Shown here one piece after another: positions 28,875 to 43,999 of a DNA stretch of 64,000 nucleotides. How positions within the stretch are numbered: the first letter of the stretch is position 1; the number at the start of each line of letters is the position of its first letter. Position numbers and translations under genes: made by a program. Origin of the DNA: the human T2T-CHM13v2.0 reference genome, Homo sapiens; NCBI RefSeq assembly GCF_009914755.1, contig NC_060939.1, one strand, 5' to 3'. Under the pieces are notes generated by a model. The model was not told the DNA's origin. It worked only from the letters and a program-made list of their open reading frames with translations, and did not search any database.

Positions 28875-29420
28875 AAGCACGCGTGTGTATTAAGGGACAG
28901 CGTGTCCTCCCACGTTCCAGCCGCCCCCCTGGCTGCCAGCCGCGGGCTCAGCGCACGTACGGTCCCTGTCACCCGAGCGTACCTGTCCCGTTCTGGCCTT
29001 GGAGAACGCAGTGGCTCACAAGGGCACCGCTAGCACGCGAGGCGCGGCGAAGGGAGCGGAGGGAAGCGGCGGGCTGTCGCGCAGGTGCGGCCCCACCTGC
29101 CGCCGGATTGGCCGCGGCGGCTGCGGCGCTCCGCGGGAGGAGGGCGGATGATGGATGGCCTGTCTGCCGGCCCGGGTCCGAGCCGCGGGGGCCGCCGAGG
29201 GAAAGACGGGCGCGCGCGCGCCGCTCCGTGCCCAGCGCAGACAGCGAGATGCCTGCACAAAAGGATGGGGCTTGGAATGTTTGGATTTTGAAGATTAGTT
29301 TCTATTATATCTCTGTGGGAGAAAGGAAAACGCGCTATGGGAAAGTGGAGGGCGAAGAACCCCCGAATAATTTCGGACTGATGTTTCACAAATCATTTCG
29401 CCAGGGAACAACCCGCGAGC
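28875..29420. promoter_or_regulatory. CpG island promoter
   Basis: Only CpG-dense non-Alu tract in the window; GC boxes, ATTGG at 29107-29111 (minus-strand CCAAT), CAGGTG/CACCTG pair 29082-29099, (GC)6 at 29210-29221. Confidence 0.9.
28983..29065 (-). other. Probable non-coding first exon of an unidentified minus-strand gene (5' end approximate)
   Basis: Minus strand cttccctccgctccc...ggccagaacgggacag|gtacgc: donor about 125 nt downstream of the CCAAT box; no ATG in the exon. Confidence 0.5.
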
Positions 29421-29693
29421 CTCCCCTTCCCAAATGGCAAACAGTTCAGAAGTCTTATTTGTCATGTATGTGAATGATGCCCTATCAGTATCTGAGAAAC
29501 AACAGGAAATCAGACCTGAACAGTTGCATCCCCTTATCTCGGGCAATATTAAACCCATTGAAAATGGGTTAAAAAGGAGGGGCGTGGACAATACACTTTA
29601 GATATTCTACACAGGCTAAAAATATAAGATAATTGGCTAGTAAACGCTAGTAAACTTTTTTTTCGAAAAAGAAAAAAATAGAAGGATGTGCCC

Positions 29694-29728
29694 GATATAT
29701 ATATATATATCTATATATATATATATAG
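29694..29728. repeat. (TA)n microsatellite
   Basis: atatatatatatatatatctatatatatatatata. Confidence 0.95.
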
Positions 29729-30929
29729 CACATTAGGATATGCAACATTTTCATAATTTATCTAGCTTTTACTTGTTTAAAAGTCATGAGCAATTTGAAT
29801 ATGTTTTGTTTGCCCTTGCAAAAGGATGACGGTGCATTGTTTTAGGCAATTCTATTTAAGAAGTGTCCTTTTTAACACTGGTTAGGTTGAGAGTGAGGGT
29901 CGAAGCAGGCAGACGGTTAGCAGGAGAGAATAAGTCGTGAACCACCATAGAAATGGGGCTGATAGAGAGCTATTGTGTCATCCGGGCTCTTCTTTGGCGA
30001 CTGAAAGACAGACAGGTCCATTCACTGCAAGCATTCCTCCTGCGCAAACCGCCACGCTGAAGGTAAAGCATCTCCTGTCGAGGAGGCAGTCAGTCCTGCA
30101 GGTGCTGATTCATTTACTTCTGAGAGTAAAATAGTTTAGAAAAAACCAGATTTTTTTTTCTAGGAGGAAAATGATTTTCTGCTTAATTGTGCTTTTGAAT
30201 TACACCATCTTCCTCTGCCATGTCCACTACCACCACGAAGAAAGTGAAAGCCATGTTTAAAATAGTAATAAATGAGATGGAAACATATCACCAAGGTATA
30301 TTTTATATAACTGATTGAAAAGCGAGTGGGTGGAAAGAGAGAGCTTAAGTACAAGTGTTTCTCTTTCAAATACCATATGAACAGAACAGTAACTTTAGAA
30401 AAAAGAAATGGGAAAAGGAAACATAATAATCCCATCAGGCTAACAGGGACAGCATATACCAAAAAAATGCCCATGTAAATTAAATGTATGCATGCTTCTT
30501 ACTAGAATTGTTTATATGTATGCTTACATACTTATAAAAGAGTACATTTGAATTGTGGGATTATGTAGTGATTCACACAGCATTATGTCGAAGGGACTTT
30601 TTAATATTATTAGAGAATATCCATATTAACCAATTTTAATAACTGCATAATCTTTCATTAATTGTATATATGGTTTGCTCAACTATTTTCCTGATGTTGG
30701 ATATTTAGGTTGCTTTTGGATTTCACTAGAGTAAATAACACAGTAAGGAACATCTTGAGGCAACATTTCCATGTTTTAAATTATTAATTTCAAAGAAATT
30801 TATTGAAGTGGAATAAATGGGCCATACATTAGGAACATTTTCGTAGTTTTTTTACAATCATTTTCAAGCTAACTTACAAAAAAAAGTATTGTACCGCCCC
30901 ATCCTGCCAGCAGGAAAATCTTGTATTAC

Positions 30930-31030
30930 ATTTTTTTCAGCTTTGTTGAAGAAAAATTGACAAATAAAAATTGTATATATTCAAGGTACACAATGTGACG
31001 TTTTGATATATGTCTACATTGTGAAATGTA
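30930..31030 (-). mobile_element. Short L1MA 3'-end fragment
   Basis: aattgacaaataaaaattgtatatattcaaggtacacaatgtgacgttttgatata. Confidence 0.75.
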
Positions 31031-33717
31031 TCACATTTTAAAAAAAAGTATGCTCCATGTTATTGAGACTATTTGGAAAAGTATTTGGTAATGTAGCAGG
31101 TGGGAATTATTTTTTGATATTCATTTTCTTTAGTTATTAATGAAGTCCTTTTGTTTCTTTAAAAATTTCTTTCCTCTCTTTTGGATTTTGGTTTCTGTTC
31201 AATCATTGAAATAGCTCTGAAGTTGGTATATAAAAATAAAATATAGCATTTTTACAAATCACTCTTTCATAGTGTTAATTTTGAACTAGGTTGATAACCC
31301 TGGTTAAAATGGTTACAGCAAAAAAATTCTTCACAAATTGAGCAAAGGTGCAGTTTGAAATGACTGATAGAATTCAGGTTTCCAACAAACCTCTGCTTTC
31401 CTTCCATGGTGGCACATAAAATGATATTATCCTCTGTGAAATTACCCCAGAAACTTAAGGTACCTGATAGCAAATCGTATTCTCTCATTAAGACATAGAA
31501 TCGTTGATCCTTGCACTAGCTTTCTTCCTAGTCTGAAGATGTATGCTGTTCTCTTAGGCTGTGATGTGGTCCTTCAAAAATGCCTTTTTGCGTTCCGGCA
31601 CCTTCCACAAGTGCACCAGTGCCCAGTAAATAAAGTAGCAGCCCATGTCCCTTTTAGCAAAAGCTATATATCTGTTCAGACTTGTAATTTGCTCCGTTTA
31701 TATCCTTTGCCCTTGAACTCTGGTTATTAACGCAATGTTTCTCCAAATGATGCCATATAACTCTGCTCCAAGCACATTCACGGTGACACCACGCAAACAT
31801 TCTGAGGGCCAGGGCCGGGTGAGGAAGGGAAAAAATGACGGCTGAATTGTGGAAGTTGCAGTGCATTACTCAAAATGGAAGGGCTGTAAAACTATGACTG
31901 TTAATATTCAAATTGCGACAAGGCCAGGGCCAGACTTTGACTGCAAATATTCTGAGGTCTGCTTGGAAAGCAATTTAGCAAAGTAGCTTTGATTAAAAAA
32001 GAAACAACCAGAACACTTCTCCCAAGAAATGAACTAAAAACCTATCAAAGGATTTGAGACAGGTGTCCTAATTATACATCTTAAGAAATTATTTGTAGTG
32101 GGTTTGGAAAGGAGGTTTGTTCGGTTATAAAATGTAGATTGTATGTGTAGGAGAAATATAGACCAAATTCCTTTGTGAAAACTATAATGAAATATACCAA
32201 TTTTTGCATCATATATATTGTATAAGACAACTGGGCATTGACTGGGTTTACTACTGTTTTCATTTTTTAAATAAAAATTTGCTAATTAATATTGTGTAAA
32301 ATCTTGGACAGGGAGTGGGACTAGTCTCCCTTTAGAATATCTGGGAAGGGAATGCACTGATTAACCAAATTAATAATTTAGGTAAGATCGCAGAGGCTCT
32401 GCACAACCTACTTTGCAACGGAAATTGTTCTTCTACATTTTAGAAAAGGGCATTTGCAAAAGAGCTTCTTTCCTTTGAAATGAAAAAGTCATACATTTAA
32501 AATAATATGGCCAAGAAAGAGCTCGTGCACATTAGCCTATTTCAAAATGGTGTATTTGTTTCAAAATAATGTTTTTTAAAAAGGTAATTCTCTCAAACAT
32601 CTTTATTTTCATAGACTCACTTTGAAGTGACTTCAGGTCACAAGTTTTGTGTTTTTTTTTTTGCATTTTACTTTGAAGCAAAATGTTCGTGGCCATGGGA
32701 TTTAATCTATACACCTCCTTCCCCAAATCCTAGGCTATGCATAATGCAGTTCATGCAAAAATGTTGATGGGAAGGAGAAAATAATATACCATCCGATACC
32801 GAATTTCATGCTGAAATGTAAGCTACTGTGAAACTTCTAGGCACATGTCTGTATTCTTAGTACTCTGACTGTGTGCCTTTAAAGAGAAGTAAAGAAAAGA
32901 AACACTAATAACTATTTCAGTTGACTATACTGTTATTTTTTCCCAGACACAACATGATTGGGGTACATTTGCATGTGCAAACACACTTATATGAGTATTG
33001 CCAATAGAAAATAAATAAGCCATAGGTGCCCTAGAACACCAAACACACTCTTCTTAAAGTGATAGCTGTTCCCATGTAAGTATTATTTCCAGAGGAAAAT
33101 GAATGCTAGGCTTCAAGTAGGTTGTAGTAAGAATACTTTGGAAAACAGTCTTTTCATGAATATAGAGCTACCTATTTTCTTCCTATTCTCTCTTTAATCA
33201 ACTGCACCCAAATTAAAGGAGGTGTTTCACCTTTGATCAATGAGATTGGTCTAGTGACCTTAATTTGAAGACACTTTTTGGCCAATGAAATAAAAATGTA
33301 GATGAAACATTTTTTTAAATTCTAAGAATTCTAGGATCTCATACTTACTAGATAAGCAGACTTGACAGACACCTTGATGACGTCGCTCATCTCTGAATGC
33401 TCACAAGCTGAGCATCTGATGAGTTCCCAAAATCTACTTATTGAATTAAATGCATTAATGGATGCAAGTGAATGTTTATCGTTGTACACCATTTTGTTGA
33501 AATATAACACAATGCTGGGTTGTACAATATTAAGTGATTTTAATTAAAGTAATTCTTGTGTTATGGTTTCTTATATCCAAAACCACAAAATGTTTATTTT
33601 TATAAACTTCATTCATAAACTTATGACCCCATTGTGCTAGTAAAACAAAGTTTGGAGAACCTGGCTCCTACATTCTCTCCCGTTGTCATGGCTAAATAAT
33701 TGCTGAAATGCACATAA

Positions 33718-33950
33718 AAGGGGAACATCACACTCTGGGGACTGTTGTGGGGTGGGGGGAGGGGGGAGGGATAGCGTTGGGAGATATACCTAATGCTAGA
33801 TGACGAGTTAGTGGGTGCAGCGCACCAGCGTGGCACATGTATACATATGTAACTAACCTGCACAATGTGCACATGTACCCTAAAACTTAAAGTATAATAA
33901 TAAAAGAAAAAATAAATAAATAAAATAATTTTTAAAATAGGAAAAAAAAA
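33718..33950 (+). mobile_element. L1PA2-like 3' UTR, heavily 5'-truncated
   Basis: gggagatatacctaatgctagatgacGAGttagtgggtgcagcgcacc...cttaAagtataat: GAG/A diagnostics rather than the ACA/G of L1HS-Ta. Confidence 0.9.
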
Positions 33951-34218
33951 GAATAAAACTGTGTATGGTGTTAGATGTCTATTTTCTACAATTGAGAAGG
34001 GAAGTTATATATTATTTAGTAGAGAACATGTGTTTTGTTTGTGATAGAATAAGAGCATTGCTTATTACAAATCGTGAACAGTTTGAACTTTGATGACTGC
34101 AGATTAAACTGGATTTTCTATCTCGGTCTCCTAAATAAAGTACCTTTACATATGTTGCGGATTATATGTGGCATAATTATATCAATTATAGTTTCTAACA
34201 TTTAGCTCCAAAATATAG

Positions 34219-34542
<324 letters not shown>

Positions 34543-36166
34543 CATTTTCTTTTTCCCAAAGGCAACTACTTCCAACATTTCTATTGTATTCTTTCAGAAT
34601 TCACTTCCCTATCGATATGGAACCTGCTGGTCTTCCTCCCATTCTTCTTCTTAGCATTATTTTAGTTTTAGAAATCATCTCTTGACTTTCTACTAAAGAT
34701 GAAGACTTGTCTCTCTATACTATTCACAGCCCCATTTATACCCACGTTCTTATTTTCTGAAGACAGTTATATTGCAATTTTTGTTAAATTAGTATTCAGT
34801 GTGTATTATCACTAATAAATCTTCCTGAGGGCTGTGCTAGGGAGTAAACAGTTATTTATTGACTTATTTTGCTAAATTTCAGTTGTGGTGTTAACAGTTG
34901 ATTTGTTTTTAGTCCCTTCCCCCTACCTTTTACTATCTTTAGGTAGTTGCCCCTAAGCCATCGTTACACTCTCGGTCAATCTCTCAATTCCCTCCCAAGA
35001 TATTTTCATACATCAGTTACTTCATGAAGATTTTCTAGGAAAAATCCTTCCAGAGCTTTCCGTCTACCTTCTTCTAGACTAGGTGTCCTTGGTGTCTGGG
35101 CACAGCTGTCATCCTGGGCTCTCTCTTCACATCTCTCCTGCCATGAGCTCCTGCAGCTGCCTTCTATGCTGGGGCTCCTATTTTCTCCAGCCTTCATGTC
35201 TCTTTCTTGCTTTAGCCTCTCCTATGTGGAGCCTGTCCTCCAGCGGCTGCTATGAAAAGGTGGGGAGATGGTGCGGTCTAAAAATGTTTTGTTTTACACA
35301 CACAGTTTACTTGGTACCCTGGCTTGGACTAGAATTTCTTTTTCTTCTGCGTTTTACAAGCATTTCTCCATTTCTACGTGTTGCCGCTGAGAAGTATGAA
35401 TTTATTCTAATTCTGATCCTTTTCATGTGATTTCCTCCTATCTGAAAGTTTAGGATAAACTTTTTCACTAAGGTGGACACTGGTGTCAGTGTTTGTCCAT
35501 TGTGCTAGGCACTTAGGAGGCCCCTTGAATATGGTATCCTACCTTGTGTTTTCTGAACTTCTACAGAGTTTTGTGCTTCTCATATAAGTCTTACAAATTT
35601 CTATGATTTCTTATTTTTTAATTTTTGTTCCCATTTTTGTAGTACTTGTACAGTTTCAGGTTGCCCTGTCTTCCACTTACCTCCCTGAAGATGTTAAGGG
35701 TTGTTATTTGACATTTCGTTTGCACATTCTTTTTTAAGTAGTTTTTTTTTTTTAATTTTTGTTTGTCTTAGTCTCCAGTTTTCATGTAAAAAACTTTCCT
35801 GACATATCAGGCGGTCCTTGGTCATCTGCTCATATCTACAATAGGAGGATTTGAAATGTGATTGGGAGCTCTGGTTATATGGGTGGAGCATATATGTTAC
35901 AGTTGGACCATTTCTAGCCAAGCCATTTTACTGACGAAGCCCAGTTTATTCTTTTCTATTGATTTCCCAGAGAAGGTTCTGAAGGTAAAGGCACAGACCA
36001 CAGTGCTTTGCTTTCCAGTGGAAGAACACATTTGTGTGTTTCAGTATCTACCCTACTGATGGTCATGTAATACTGTCTTCAGTTTGCTACAGCTCAGATG
36101 AAATAGATGCCATCTGTTTTATCCTCTTCAGAGAATAATTTTTCAGTGTTCTATTGTGGTGGGTGA

Positions 36167-36537
<371 letters not shown>

Positions 36538-36548
36538 CAACCTCACTT

Positions 36549-37391
36549 CTTTTTTTATTTTATTTTATTTTTATTATTATACTTTAAGTTTTAGGATACA
36601 TGTGCACAACATGCAGGTTTGTTACATATGTATACATGTGCCATGTTAGTGTGCGGCACCCATTAACTCGTCATTTAGCATTAGGTATATCTCCTAATGC
36701 TATCCCTCCCCCCTCCCCCCACCCCACAACAGTGCCCGGTGTGTGATGTTCCCCTTCCTGTGTCCATGTGTTCTCATTGTTCAATTCCCACCTATGAGTG
36801 AGAACATGCAGTGTTTGTTTTTTTGTCCTTGTGATAGTTTGCTGAGAATGATGGTTTTCAGCTTCATCCATGTCCCTACAAAGGACATGAACTCATCATT
36901 TTTTATGGCTGCATAGCATTCCATGGTGTATATGTGCCACATTTTCTTAATCCATTCTATCATTGTTGGACATTTGGGTTGGTTCCAAGTCTTTGCTATT
37001 GTGAATAGTGCCCCAATAAACATACGTGTGCATGTGTCTTTATAGCAGCATGATTTATAATCCTTTGGGTATATACCTAGTAATGGGATGGCTGGGTCGA
37101 ATGGTATTTCTAGTTCTAGATCCCTGAGGAATCACCGCACTGTCTTCCACAATGGTTGAACGAGTTTACAGTCCCACCAACAGTGTAAAAGTGTTCCTAT
37201 TTCTCCACATCCTCTCCAGCACCTGTTGTTTCTTGACTTTTTAATGATCGCCGTTCTAACTGGTGTGAGATGATATCTCATTGTGATTTTGATTTGCATT
37301 TCTCTGATGGCCAGTGATGATGAGCATTTTTTCATGTGTTTTTTTGCTGCATAAATGTATTCTTTTGAGAAGTGTCTGTTCATATCCTTCG
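36549..37391 (-). mobile_element. L1PA (about PA4) 5'-truncated: ORF2 C-terminus plus 3' UTR
   Basis: ORFs 37132-37383 (MNRHFSKE...[26 protein letters not shown]) and 36781-37023 (...MFSLIGGN) are L1 ORF2 split by a premature stop; TSD caacctcact(t/g)cttt. Confidence 0.97.
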
Positions 37392-37859
37392 CAACCTCAC
37401 TGCTTTATTGCAACTCTTCCCTTTAGCCTGCCCTTACAGAGGTACCTGGAACCATAAGTTCCCTTAGGTGTTAGGTTTTCCCCATGGTCAGCTTAGGACT
37501 CAGTGTTCTCAGATTCACCAAATCAGTTACCAAGCATGCTTCTGTTTTCCAGCTTTAGGTTTTTTTGTTTGTTCATTTCTGCTTTTCTCTTCTCTGGTTT
37601 TTCGGCCAGTTGGGAATTATGCCCTAAAAATAAAACAGAAAACCTTTGGTCTTATGTACCAGTTTTCACATGACAGTGTGTTCAATTCACCATCTTTATC
37701 CAGAGCCAGTTGTATATATTTATGTATGTTACAAACAGATGATAATACAGTTAGGATGATCTGTTAAAATGGAACGGAAAAGCATATTTTTCAGAAGTGT
37801 TTGATTATTTTATTTGTGATTATAAAGCACTTTGCAAAAAAATTAGTTAGAAATACTGA

Positions 37860-38282
<423 letters not shown>

Positions 38283-39319
38283 TAATGTATTACTAATTAT
38301 TTCAGCAACTGATTATTCCCCACATTAGTAGAGAATGGCAGTAAATGCAGCCTATGAGCAGAACTAACTACAAATGCAGCCTACAGGTAGAACGAATGAT
38401 GCAGAACTGAGTTCTGCATTGGCCAACAGAGGAAAAGGTACCATACATTAAATAAGATTAATTTATATTAACAGATTATTGAAGGATGAAAATTAAAATA
38501 GGAAAAATAGATTATAGAAGAGTTATATTCAATGATATAAGATTTAATTAAAGCAAGTTATTTTGAATTCAACTTATGTATACAAACTCTATTAAACTGA
38601 GGGCTAGGCCTTAAACATACTTATATAAAACATTAAAATAAAATGTGCTACTCAGCATCAAAATATTGAGAGAACTATTTTGGATATATGATTCTTTGTA
38701 TTTTGTTTGAGTAAAACTTTATATACTAACAGTGATTTATTGAATTAACCTCAATAAATTCTAATTAACAAGAAAACTATTAGATATCTAAGAATGTTCT
38801 ATAATATTATTGCTTCCAGAATTGCAGATAGTGGAGTAAAAATTGGAGTGAATAGAAAATAAGATTAAACAAATATTACCAACTTTAATATGATTTTCAT
38901 AAGCTTCCCAAGTCCAGGGCAATATATTTCTGGCTGTGAAAGTCAATACAAAATCACAGACTGAAATACTCGACGTGACTTGCAAAAGTCATTTTTGGGC
39001 AAGCTGTTTCCTGAGAGGTAAATTAAACTAAAACATATCTTGTATCAGACAGTTTTTTTTTTTTTTTTTTTTTAAAGAAACTGGATCGTGGCCTTGTTTT
39101 CCAAAGAATATCACTTTATCCCTGGTTGTCAAATAGATATTACCATTGTGAGACTGAGTTTGATGGCAGGCAGCAAATACTGATTAAGTGCAGGCCCTGT
39201 TGCTTGAATAAATGATTTTTTAATCATTGGAAATTAAACGCAAAGGTTTTCCTCACAATTTGCAACTTCTTCCTGAGGTTGTAATTAAAAGAGGGAAGAG
39301 TATTTCCGGTGTTTATCAA

Positions 39320-39520
39320 CAAAAGATTTGAGCCAGAAACAGTTGGGTTCAAATCCCATGTCTGCCACTTATGAGCAAACTATTTAATCTGTTCTGTGGT
39401 GACCACGAACCTCCTGTGTAAGTGGAGATAATAGTAACCAGTGTTTGTCAGAATTCAACAAGGCATGTAGCACAGCGCCTGGTTCGGAGGGGGCATGTGT
39501 ATAGCTGAGAGTCATTGGTG
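39320..39520 (+). mobile_element. MIR
   Basis: gggttcaaatcccatgtctgccactta...ctgtgtaagtggagataatagtaacc...tagcacagcgcctgg. Confidence 0.75.
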
Positions 39521-40178
39521 CTATTGATGATTTTGTGTTTGGCCTCATGTCTCTATCACTGTTAGTAGTAGTAACTTTTTCTACCATAATTTTGGTGGTG
39601 TTGGTTTTGTATATTAAAAATATTAGAGATGAAGCTCCTTAAATGACATATTCTGTTACCAAATCAAACTGGTCCTTTATGCGTGTTTCTCTGGAGTTTT
39701 GCCCATGATGCTGGGCATTTTCAAAGTGTGCAAATCTCACTGCTCTGAGATTTCTCTGGATAAATCTGATTTACAGTTGAGCCCTTGCCTTTTACCCCTG
39801 TTGGTTAATTGTTTCCCTTCTTTGCCTTTGTAGGGTCTGCCATCATTCCTGGTGAGGAGGAGTCACCTAGAGTTTTTGATGCGGCCCTTATCTGGCCATC
39901 ATGGCTCATAAAGGCAGTCCCTCTGGTACTGTCAGTTTCTTTGTCACATGTCCTGTTATTGAGGGAGTCATAAGGAGATGGATGAGCTAAATCTAATCAA
40001 TCAGTCCTTGCCATTTTAGCCTTCCCTCTTCAGGCTAGGTGTGTACTTATGAGGCACAAAGTCAAGGGAAGTTTTGGTCACATTTTAATAAGTTATTTTT
40101 CACTTCATTATTTTTCTGAATGAAGACGTCATTCCCTGTCAACCTCCCAAAATGACCAATAAAGTTTCTTGTTTTTAA

Positions 40179-40564
<386 letters not shown>

Positions 40565-41299
40565 TAATTATCAGCCACCAGAAAAAAAAAGAAAAAAACC
40601 AAAGCGCCTTTTGTCACTAAGCATAGCACATACATAAAAATGTCTGATACAAATGTACAGCTTAGTGAATTGGAAGGCACATACCTTTGGTATAGAACTT
40701 TGCCAACCACTCCCGATGTCTGCCACAGGTCCCTGACTCCCTAGTGTAACAGAGAGTTTTATTTTCATTGTATTCGTGTAGAAAGCAAAGGTAGGTACTT
40801 TAGGCCCTCAGACCTTCAGGTCCAAATATTTGAATGCATCTTCAGCGGTGTGAAAGTCTCAGGGAGTGGAGGTGGAAGAACTTGGAGGAGCAGCCCTCGT
40901 GTCCACACATGTGCTGGTGAGGCGCTCCACGTTGCGGAAGGAGCAGGAGGTGGTAAGAGAAGCTGAATGGCCAACAGGGCAGAGGTGGGGACCAGCTTTC
41001 CCTCTCCTCCCAACGTCTAGAGGAGAAGATTTCAAGATTCAAATGTTCTCTTTACATATCCAATAATGGTGATAGTCAGTAATAGTTTTTAAATAGCCTT
41101 CTTTGGAAAATTAACATGTTGACAGTCCACTGTGTTTTTTCCATCACTAATTATTTTTGTTTTTCATATTGTTGTCACTGTTTCATTAAATCTCCAAGGT
41201 TTACAATTTGCTAAACATACACTTATTGCCTGCCTGCTAAGTGGTGGATGCTGTTTTCTGAGCTGGGCATCCCAAGCTAAGTACATAGTCCCTGACTCT

Positions 41300-41415
41300 G
41301 CAGGTCACCTCCATGAGGGCAAGGCAGTCTATTTCTTTGCTCTCCTCTTCCCCCCAGTGCCAGCACTGTGCCTCATGCATAGTACATGTTAAAGAAGCAT
41401 TGTTTTGAATGAGCT
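41300..41415 (+). mobile_element. L2 3' end
   Basis: ctccatgagggcaagg...cccagtgccagcactgtgcct...tgaatga. Confidence 0.7.
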
Positions 41416-41831
41416 GATAAAACGACCTATGTCACATTTTTATACTTCCCTTATCACTACTGGGTATGTTAACTTATGTGATAAAATACATTTCCCAAAA
41501 AAGAAAAAACATACTAATGATTCAGCACTTATTTTTAGGGGCAAATAAGATGGAAAAGAGGGAGGGGGAAGGGAAAAGGCGTCCTGTCCTCCTTACCAGC
41601 TCTTGGCCTTGGGCAAGTCATTTAACATCATGGAAGAGAACACACTGGCCTTACACTTCTCAGAATGTCACCTCTGAGGGTGAAGATATATGTAGCAACA
41701 TTTGGGCAGCTGTCAATGCCAGGTATCATTAACCCTTTAAATAATAGCAGCTTACTCCTAGACAGCACACTTTAATACCCTTGCCATCTTGGACATCCAC
41801 ACCCACTCCAACAAAAACTCCCCCCTCCACC

Positions 41832-41833
<2 letters not shown>

Positions 41834-41878
<45 letters not shown>
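41834..41878. repeat. (CA)n microsatellite, about 22 units
   Basis: Perfect AC array. Confidence 0.98.
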
Positions 41879-41881
<3 letters not shown>

Positions 41882-42087
41882 TTTATTGAAGGAAATTATA
41901 GCGAATATAGCAGACAAATTGTATTTATTATTTTTAGTAGGTCAGATTGTTTGGACTTTGTGTTGTGTTATGTTTACAGCCACATGCCAAGCTCTTCCAC
42001 TCTTACACAACATGGAGCCCTAGTTCAAGTTACCTGAAGGAGCTCTCTTGCATTCAAATTTGGCTAAGACTGTTTACATATAAAACA

Positions 42088-42418
<331 letters not shown>

Positions 42419-43408
42419 CCATATAAAACCTTTTTTACCTGAACTGATTAAAATTCAACTGGTTACCTACTACCTGCCTGATTCAATTAAGTTGTCAAAA
42501 TGTTTCTTCATGCCTAAAATGTGCTTTCCTCCTCCCCTAATAAACTCCTACTTGCCTTTAAAATTTTACTATGAGGAAACATTTGTAACAACTTGAAGCA
42601 AAGTATTAATATTCTAGTATACAATGTTCTTACAAGTCAATAAAAATCCCATAGAAAAATGGACAAAACATGAATTGTGAATCCACAAGAAAAAAAGCAA
42701 TAAACGTATAAAACACTAGTTATCAGATAAAAGCAATTAGAGAGACTGTTATCAATTATTACCTCCCCCTATTGACAGTAATTAGCAGAATATTGATAAA
42801 CAAAGAGTGGCAACGATACACAATCATATATAGTTGATAGGAGTTGGCAAGAAGTTTTGTCCTATCAAATGTAAATTGGCCCGCCAATCCTACTTCTAGA
42901 AATGTATTCTAAATAACTATTACCATGGGTACAGAAAGATTTATGCATAAGTATTTTCAAGGCAGACTTGTTCATAACAGTGAAACACTGGAAATAGCCT
43001 CGATGTCTATCAAGTGGGTAAGTGATTCCATACATCTTTGTGTAGCTGTGCCATAGGACTCCAAGTATTCCTTAAACATGCCTTGCATGGAAGGACTTCT
43101 GAGGCATGTCAAGTGAAAAAAATGCAACAAGCAATACTCATATGTTTGTATGCAAAAAATGAGCATGTATGTGTCAATGTGTGTGTTGAAATTTATCAAA
43201 AGGGGACTTGGAAGGATGCCATCAAATTTTAGAAAATTGATATTTCCTGGGCATAAAGGAATGGGGGTAAGGTAGTAGAGGAGAAATTAGAAGAAAGGAC
43301 TCAGGGAAAGGTTAAAGGAGGCTCTCACACGTGCTATTCTTACCGTTAATATTTTTAAAATAGAATATATTAGGTATTTTACATTTAATGACAAAAGAAG
43401 AAACTTGT

Positions 43409-43728
<320 letters not shown>

Positions 43729-43999
43729 TCAGTTCAACATAACTCATCTTACAGAGTTATGTTATTTTCTTAATCATTTATGGTAGTTCTTCATACATTC
43801 TGAGTAGTAATATTTGGTTAAGTATATTATATTTTTCTGAACTGGCCCTTGTGCCTTGTTTCATGGTGTCTTTTCTTATTCATAAATGTGTAATACATAA
43901 GTCATCAATATGATGGCTCCTAAGGTTTCGGGTTATATACACCTGAGATTATACAAATACTGTCCACGATTTTATTCTAGTGCTTTTATAGTTTCAATA

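Noticed and set aside
28859-29473. 204-aa plus-strand ORF and overlapping minus-strand ORFs
   Set aside because: Arg/Ala/Pro/Gly-rich, as expected from stop-codon scarcity in a CpG island; no recognisable domain
36781-37383. ORFs with clear protein homology
   Set aside because: L1 ORF2 C-terminal remnant with a premature stop, not a host gene
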